NCBI GenBank assembly: GCA_050186075.1
Contig: JBFWYU010000019.1
Span: 18,096-82,095 of the forward strand
Reading direction: 5' to 3'
DNA length: 64,000 bases
Source: Bacteroidia bacterium
Lineage (GTDB): Bacteria; Bacteroidota; Bacteroidia; SXHM01
The position numbers and the translations under genes are program-made. Positions 59,424 through 64,000 of this stretch are shown here, one piece after another (the first letter of the stretch is position 1; every line of letters begins with the position of its first letter). A model generated the notes under the pieces. It was not told where the DNA came from. It did not search any database and was given only the letters and a program-made list of their open reading frames with translations.

Positions 59424-62400
59424 TTATTTATTACCTGTTACGTTGTTGTTTAAATCACCTGTAATCATATTGATTTTAGCTTCCATCTGTTTTGTGTATT
59501 GTTTAAGAAAAGTAATATCATCAACGCTGCCAGTAATTATTTGCTGTTGAGAATTAATGGTTTGCTGCTGTTTTTCAATAGTTGATTGCTGCTCTTTGAT
59601 GGCTTCAATCAATACAGGAACAAGGTGGCTGTATTCAACAGCTTTCCAACCTTCTTTATCGGTATCAACTAACTCGGGAATAATTTTTTCCAATTCCTGA
59701 GCAATTAAACCGTATTGTTTTCCATCATCAAGCCCTTGATTAACTGCCATGTCTGTTCTCCAGTTATAGGTAACTCCCTGCAAAGCCATTATTTTATCAA
59801 GTGCACCACCAATAGGTGTGATGTTCTTCTTCAATCGTTCATCAGATGGTTCAATAAAACCATTTGAGCGCATGGTGAGGCATTTAAATTTTTCATATGC
59901 CGTTCCCGGATTGTTACGGATTGCAATAGTACCGTCACTTTCAATTGCAATTTGTGAGGCAACAACTCCGCCCCAGTGAAAGCCCAGTCGCGGAGGCTGC
60001 TGTCCTGCGCCTGCAAAATTAGTTTCTCTTAATTCTAAGGTGGACTGGGAATAACTTGTTGCATTGCTATTTGATGCGATTTGCCAGTCACCACTTCCAT
60101 TGTTGGGTATCCAGCCCCCATAGTTGCCCAGATCATTTGTAAATGAAGACAGCGCAGTAGGACGACCTGTAACACCTGTCCAGGCCACATTATCAGCTAC
60201 TCTTGCTACATCCACTCTTACGCCATATGTGTTGGCTCCATTCCACCCCATTAAAGTAGGGTAACTAGCAGACCAGGCAACTTGTGCATTAGTATTATTA
60301 ACGGCACCTCCATCAGGCGAGGTACCGGCAGATGCATCAAATATGGTATGGCTGTTACCATAGTTTTTCCATGATAATTGTTCTGCTACAAATCCACGGT
60401 GAATTCCGCTCCACGCAGTTCTGGTAGGTATGCCTGCAAGGTTGGCATAGGTAGTTGCGCCTGCATCAATCCGCGACCATCCTCCAATGGTTCCGTTTTC
60501 AACTGTTCTCATCCATACACCTGCTGTGGAAGTGTTGAAGCGAGGGAAAGCAAGTTCCATGGAATATCCCCCTGCTCCTCTTGCCGGATAATCTGAACCA
60601 AGGCTTACTACCTCACGATACCATTGCGATGATGTTGCATTGGGTGTATTGGTGCTTCCCTGTACATAATTCCAGCCCCAGTAATTAGGAACTGTATTGG
60701 CATCCGCAGTAGTGCCGTGTGTCTGAAATTGCCCGAAATTACCTTGGGGACGTAGCCCATTACCCGCAACAGTTGTGTTACCATAATCCAGGCTGATTGT
60801 TCCGGTTGTTGTAATGGTTCCGCCTGTTATACCGTTACCTCCGGTGGCTACACTAGTAACCGTTCCGCTTGTTGCAGGTGCAGCCCAGGTTGCATTACCC
60901 GCAGCATCAGAAGTAAGCACCCTTCCTGCTGCCGGGCTTCCCCCTGCAATTTTCAGTGTGCCATCTATATAACCGTTTCCAATGGTATGGAAATTACCAT
61001 TGCTTGCATTGATTGCAAATTTTACTGTTGGTGCTACACCTGCTGTATTTGCACCTGATTCAAATAACCATCCGTAGGTACCTATATTTTCCATATTAAA
61101 TCTGCGCGCCCAAGAACTAACACCCACTGTTGCATCGCTTGGAGCTACAGTGCCACTGGGTGAGTTTGTGGCTCCGGGAGGCGCCATATAATCATACCAG
61201 GTAACAAAGGATGGATCGTACCAGCTGATACCATGTGCTCCGGAGCCTTGTCCGGCAGATGTTCGGTGATATAATATTCCCTGATTGTAGATATTTCGAT
61301 TGGCTGAAATGTCTCTGGCTATAAAATTCTCATACCCTGTTCCCGGATTATCGCGTATGGCAATTGTGCCCGAGTTTTCTATCGCTATTTGTGAAGCAAC
61401 TACGCCTGAATAGTGAAACGCCAAACGTGGGGCTATTGCAGAAGTTCGTATTTCAATAGGTGCTGTGGTATATGAGGTTCCCGTTCCTCCTGTAACATCA
61501 AACTGCCCTCCTGCTGTAATAGTTGTAGCATCATCTGTAATTAAAGAATTACCGAGTGTGCTTCCGTTTGGAGTCCATTTAGGGATGGTGTTTAATGTTC
61601 CGCTGCCAGTTACAACTCCTGATGAGGTACTGCTGGTTGCTGCAAGATTTCCGCTGGCATCGGCCACTACAAAGCGGGTGCCTGTGCCTGCTAATGAATT
61701 GGCTATTATGTTTCCTGAAGTGGTTGTAAGTGCTACTTTCCCTCCGCTTATTTCATTTGCTATAGTAAAGTCATTGACTAGTCCGCTGGGGTAGCCTGTA
61801 TAAGCTTTTCTGCCTGCAGCAAAACCATCGGGATACCATTGAATGTAGCTATGGTCCGTGCCTTCAAGGTTCATTGTTGCTGCATTTTGCACTACGTGTA
61901 ATCGGGTTCCGGGTGCATTGGTTCCTACTCCTACAAAAGCATCATCTCGTACAAACAGTGCTGATGTTCCATTATCCTGCACATCAAAATCGCCTGTGCT
62001 GGTAAGATTTACGGTAGTATTACCACTACCTGTATTTGAAATCGCAAAGGTTTCGCTGCCATCCTGAGTAATCGTTGTTGCGGCTTGAGTAAGATTTCCG
62101 CCTAAGTCAATATCATCGGCATTGGTGGTTAGTCCGTTATCGCCTACTGCGTTTACGGTTATGGTTCCACTTGTTCCTCCGCCTGTTAAACCTGTTCCGG
62201 CTGTTACTCCTGCAAGGTTACTTGTAGTGTTTGCAATTAACACCCATGCTAAAGTTGCTCCGTTGTAATAATAAAATCCGGCAGGAGCATCGGTTTGGTA
62301 AACCATCAGTCCGTCACGGGCTGCGTTTACCGGTATTGCTCCACGCTGTGCGGCTGTCATACGCGGAACTAACACACCCTGACTGGTGCTTTGTGCCTGA

Positions 62401-62528
62401 AATACTGCCGAAGCATCGCGTGTGGTTGCATTGTTTGGATCAATAAGAACTCCGTCTGTGCCTTGCGAAAATGAATTTACTGAGATGAATAAAAGACTTA
62501 CTAAAAAAACTACTCTTGATTGTTTCAT
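59424..62528 (-). CDS. Exported tail-fibre-like protein with C-terminal peptidase S74 intramolecular chaperone
   Basis: Signal peptide; GVLVPRMTAAQR...GLMVYQTD N-domain; VGVGT repeats; SDERLKKNI, GLIAQE, VEYSHLVPVLIEAIKEQQ coiled coil. Confidence 0.85.
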   Translation of the reverse strand: MKQSRVVFLVSLLFISVNSFSQGTDGVLIDPNNATTRDASAVFQAQSTSQGVLVPRMTAAQRGAIPVNAARDGLMVYQTDAPAGFYYYNGATLAWVLIANTTSNLAGVTAGTGLTGGGTSGTITVNAVGDNGLTTNADDIDLGGNLTQAATTITQDGSETFAISNTGSGNTTVNLTSTGDFDVQDNGTSALFVRDDAFVGVGTNAPGTRLHVVQNAATMNLEGTDHSYIQWYPDGFAAGRKAYTGYPSGLVNDFTIANEISGGKVALTTTSGNIIANSLAGTGTRFVVADASGNLAATSSTSSGVVTGSGTLNTIPKWTPNGSTLGNSLITDDATTITAGGQFDVTGGTGTSYTTAPIEIRTSAIAPRLAFHYSGVVASQIAIENSGTIAIRDNPGTGYENFIARDISANRNIYNQGILYHRTSAGQGSGAHGISWYDPSFVTWYDYMAPPGATNSPSGTVAPSDATVGVSSWARRFNMENIGTYGWLFESGANTAGVAPTVKFAINASNGNFHTIGNGYIDGTLKIAGGSPAAGRVLTSDAAGNATWAAPATSGTVTSVATGGNGITGGTITTTGTISLDYGNTTVAGNGLRPQGNFGQFQTHGTTADANTVPNYWGWNYVQGSTNTPNATSSQWYREVVSLGSDYPARGAGGYSMELAFPRFNTSTAGVWMRTVENGTIGGWSRIDAGATTYANLAGIPTRTAWSGIHRGFVAEQLSWKNYGNSHTIFDASAGTSPDGGAVNNTNAQVAWSASYPTLMGWNGANTYGVRVDVARVADNVAWTGVTGRPTALSSFTNDLGNYGGWIPNNGSGDWQIASNSNATSYSQSTLELRETNFAGAGQQPPRLGFHWGGVVASQIAIESDGTIAIRNNPGTAYEKFKCLTMRSNGFIEPSDERLKKNITPIGGALDKIMALQGVTYNWRTDMAVNQGLDDGKQYGLIAQELEKIIPELVDTDKEGWKAVEYSHLVPVLIEAIKEQQSTIEKQQQTINSQQQIITGSVDDITFLKQYTKQMEAKINMITGDLNNNVTGNK

Positions 62529-62842
62529 TGCCTGTATTTGTTTGTACTGACAACAAAGAACAGGTTTATAAGTTCTGTGTGTTTAACACATATTCTTCAA
62601 TAATTAGTGCTCCGAATAACAATGTGCAGTATATGGCAAAATCTTCAATACAGATAATAAGACAACTTATACAACTATTGATACTAACCATACACTCATT
62701 TATGCTGTATGGCAATTAAATCATATTGTTTTAACGGTAAGTTTCAGAGCCAACAGGATACTGATAAGAATCAGCAAAATTTAACTGGGTATTAATTATT
62801 GTTTAGTTTGTTTTTATCCGAAGGAAATATGATTAACTAATT

Positions 62843-64000
62843 TTAAGGATACCAAGCTTCAACAATAACTGTAACTCTTCTTCCGGTAAGATTATCGTGC
62901 AGGTGAGGCCACACTCTGTAGGTAGGCGCTCCAAAAGTAGCTTCTCTGTTAAGAATATATTCTATACCACCCGAATATGCTACTCCCCAATCCAAAGTAG
63001 CTCCCCCGACATCTGTAACACTGTACCAAGTTCCCACAGTTGCAAGATTTATATCATCACCACCTGCATCATATGCCATATCCCACCAACCGTTAAAACC
63101 TGTTTTAGGGCTCATACGTAATTCGTAAACATTTCCATTTCTTCTTATCCCTATTCTCATGGCATAGTCTTCATAAATAATGTATTCTGTTAAAGTGGTA
63201 GCAATCTGCACCTGAGTTCTTCTTTCCACTTTTTTTGCGGTACCTGCTCCCATTCCCGCAGCGTTGTCATAAATTAACATACCACTTGTTTCGGCATTGG
63301 TATTGGTAGTTCCTGTAATACGGGCTGCGCCTGAATAAACAGATAATTTTGAAGCAGGAGAAGTTGTATTAATACCTATATTAGCTGTTCCGTTGCTGTA
63401 AAGATAAGCACCTGCACCTGTGCCTAACTGCACACTGCCGTGTGTGGTGTTTTGTTGCCCGATAATACCCACGGTATTGGCAACGTTCACATCATTTAAC
63501 GTGGCATCATCGCCACCGTTTAAATACGCTGTTCCGTTTGCATCTGCATAAATGGTACCGGTGCTTCTGATATCACCGCTTACGTCTAATTTATAGCCAG
63601 GCGCTGCATTACCAATGCCTACGTTTGTGCCGTTATCATAGGTTGCTCCTATTCCAAGGTTGGTTGTTGAAGTCCAGCGGGCAAGGTAATTAGTGGTTCC
63701 GGCAAATGTAGTTCCTCCGGCATCAATACGCGACCATGCTCCTATTCCACCATTTTCAATTGTCCTCATCCAAAGGCCCGCAGAAGCAGAATTAAATCTC
63801 GGAACAGCCAGTTCAAGTGAATAACCACCGGCCCCCCTTGCAGGATATTCTGAACCGAGGCTGACAACCTGACGATACCATTGCGAAGAAGTGCCGTTAG
63901 GCGCGTTTGTTGTGCCCTGCACATAGTTCCATCCCCAATAGCCCGGGGCGGTATTAAAGTCAGTATAAGTGGAGTGTGACTGAAACTGCCCGAAATTACC
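62843..64000 (-). CDS. Second fibre-like protein (5' end outside window)
   Basis: Frame open to 64000 (GNFGQFQSHSTYTDFNTAPGYWGWNYVQG...); NVGIG/NIGIN fibre repeats; shares a 95-aa module with 59424-62528. Confidence 0.8.
   Translation of the reverse strand, partial: GNFGQFQSHSTYTDFNTAPGYWGWNYVQGTTNAPNGTSSQWYRQVVSLGSEYPARGAGGYSLELAVPRFNSASAGLWMRTIENGGIGAWSRIDAGGTTFAGTTNYLARWTSTTNLGIGATYDNGTNVGIGNAAPGYKLDVSGDIRSTGTIYADANGTAYLNGGDDATLNDVNVANTVGIIGQQNTTHGSVQLGTGAGAYLYSNGTANIGINTTSPASKLSVYSGAARITGTTNTNAETSGMLIYDNAAGMGAGTAKKVERRTQVQIATTLTEYIIYEDYAMRIGIRRNGNVYELRMSPKTGFNGWWDMAYDAGGDDINLATVGTWYSVTDVGGATLDWGVAYSGGIEYILNREATFGAPTYRVWPHLHDNLTGRRVTVIVEAWYP

Noticed and set aside
62529-62842. Riboswitch or ncRNA in the AT-rich gap between the fibre genes
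   Set aside because: No recognisable aptamer or stable structure seen.
59424-64000. Prophage tail region
   Set aside because: The complete fibre gene has a signal peptide, and no capsid, terminase, baseplate or integrase genes are visible.
60459-64000. DGR template/variable repeat pair
   Set aside because: Both copies are coding, differences are not adenine-specific, and no reverse transcriptase is in the window.

Overview
Chromosomal DNA from a Bacteroidota (Bacteroidetes) bacterium. The assignment rests on TAnnTTTG -7 promoters, T9SS C-terminal sorting domains, the long NusB form, type-B L31 and a SulA/CapB-like enzyme. No rRNA, tRNA, CRISPR array, transposase or integrase was seen. About 5-21.6 kb is a phosphate-starvation island: PhoR/PhoB-like two-component system, TonB-dependent receptor, a T9SS protein with a duplicated beta-helix domain, a plcP-like gene with a glycosyltransferase, PiT, DUF47 and an OprO/P porin. 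Its promoters carry 11-bp-phased TTAAC half-sites. Most of the remainder is housekeeping genes. The window ends in two fibre genes resembling phage tail fibres that share a module. The most unusual structure is at 39.43-40.84 kb: a promoter, a leader ORF with a (GA)21 microsatellite, a 15-unit 21-bp-period array of palindromes, an uncharacterised 231-aa cytoplasmic protein, a small membrane peptide and a terminator. Tract length decides whether ribosomes read through the array. A second 15 x 21-bp palindromic array of unrelated sequence lies at 21.71-22.02 kb. Several families of small palindromic elements are scattered through the window, and some sit in frame inside genes. All protein calls come from motif recognition by eye; no searches were run.
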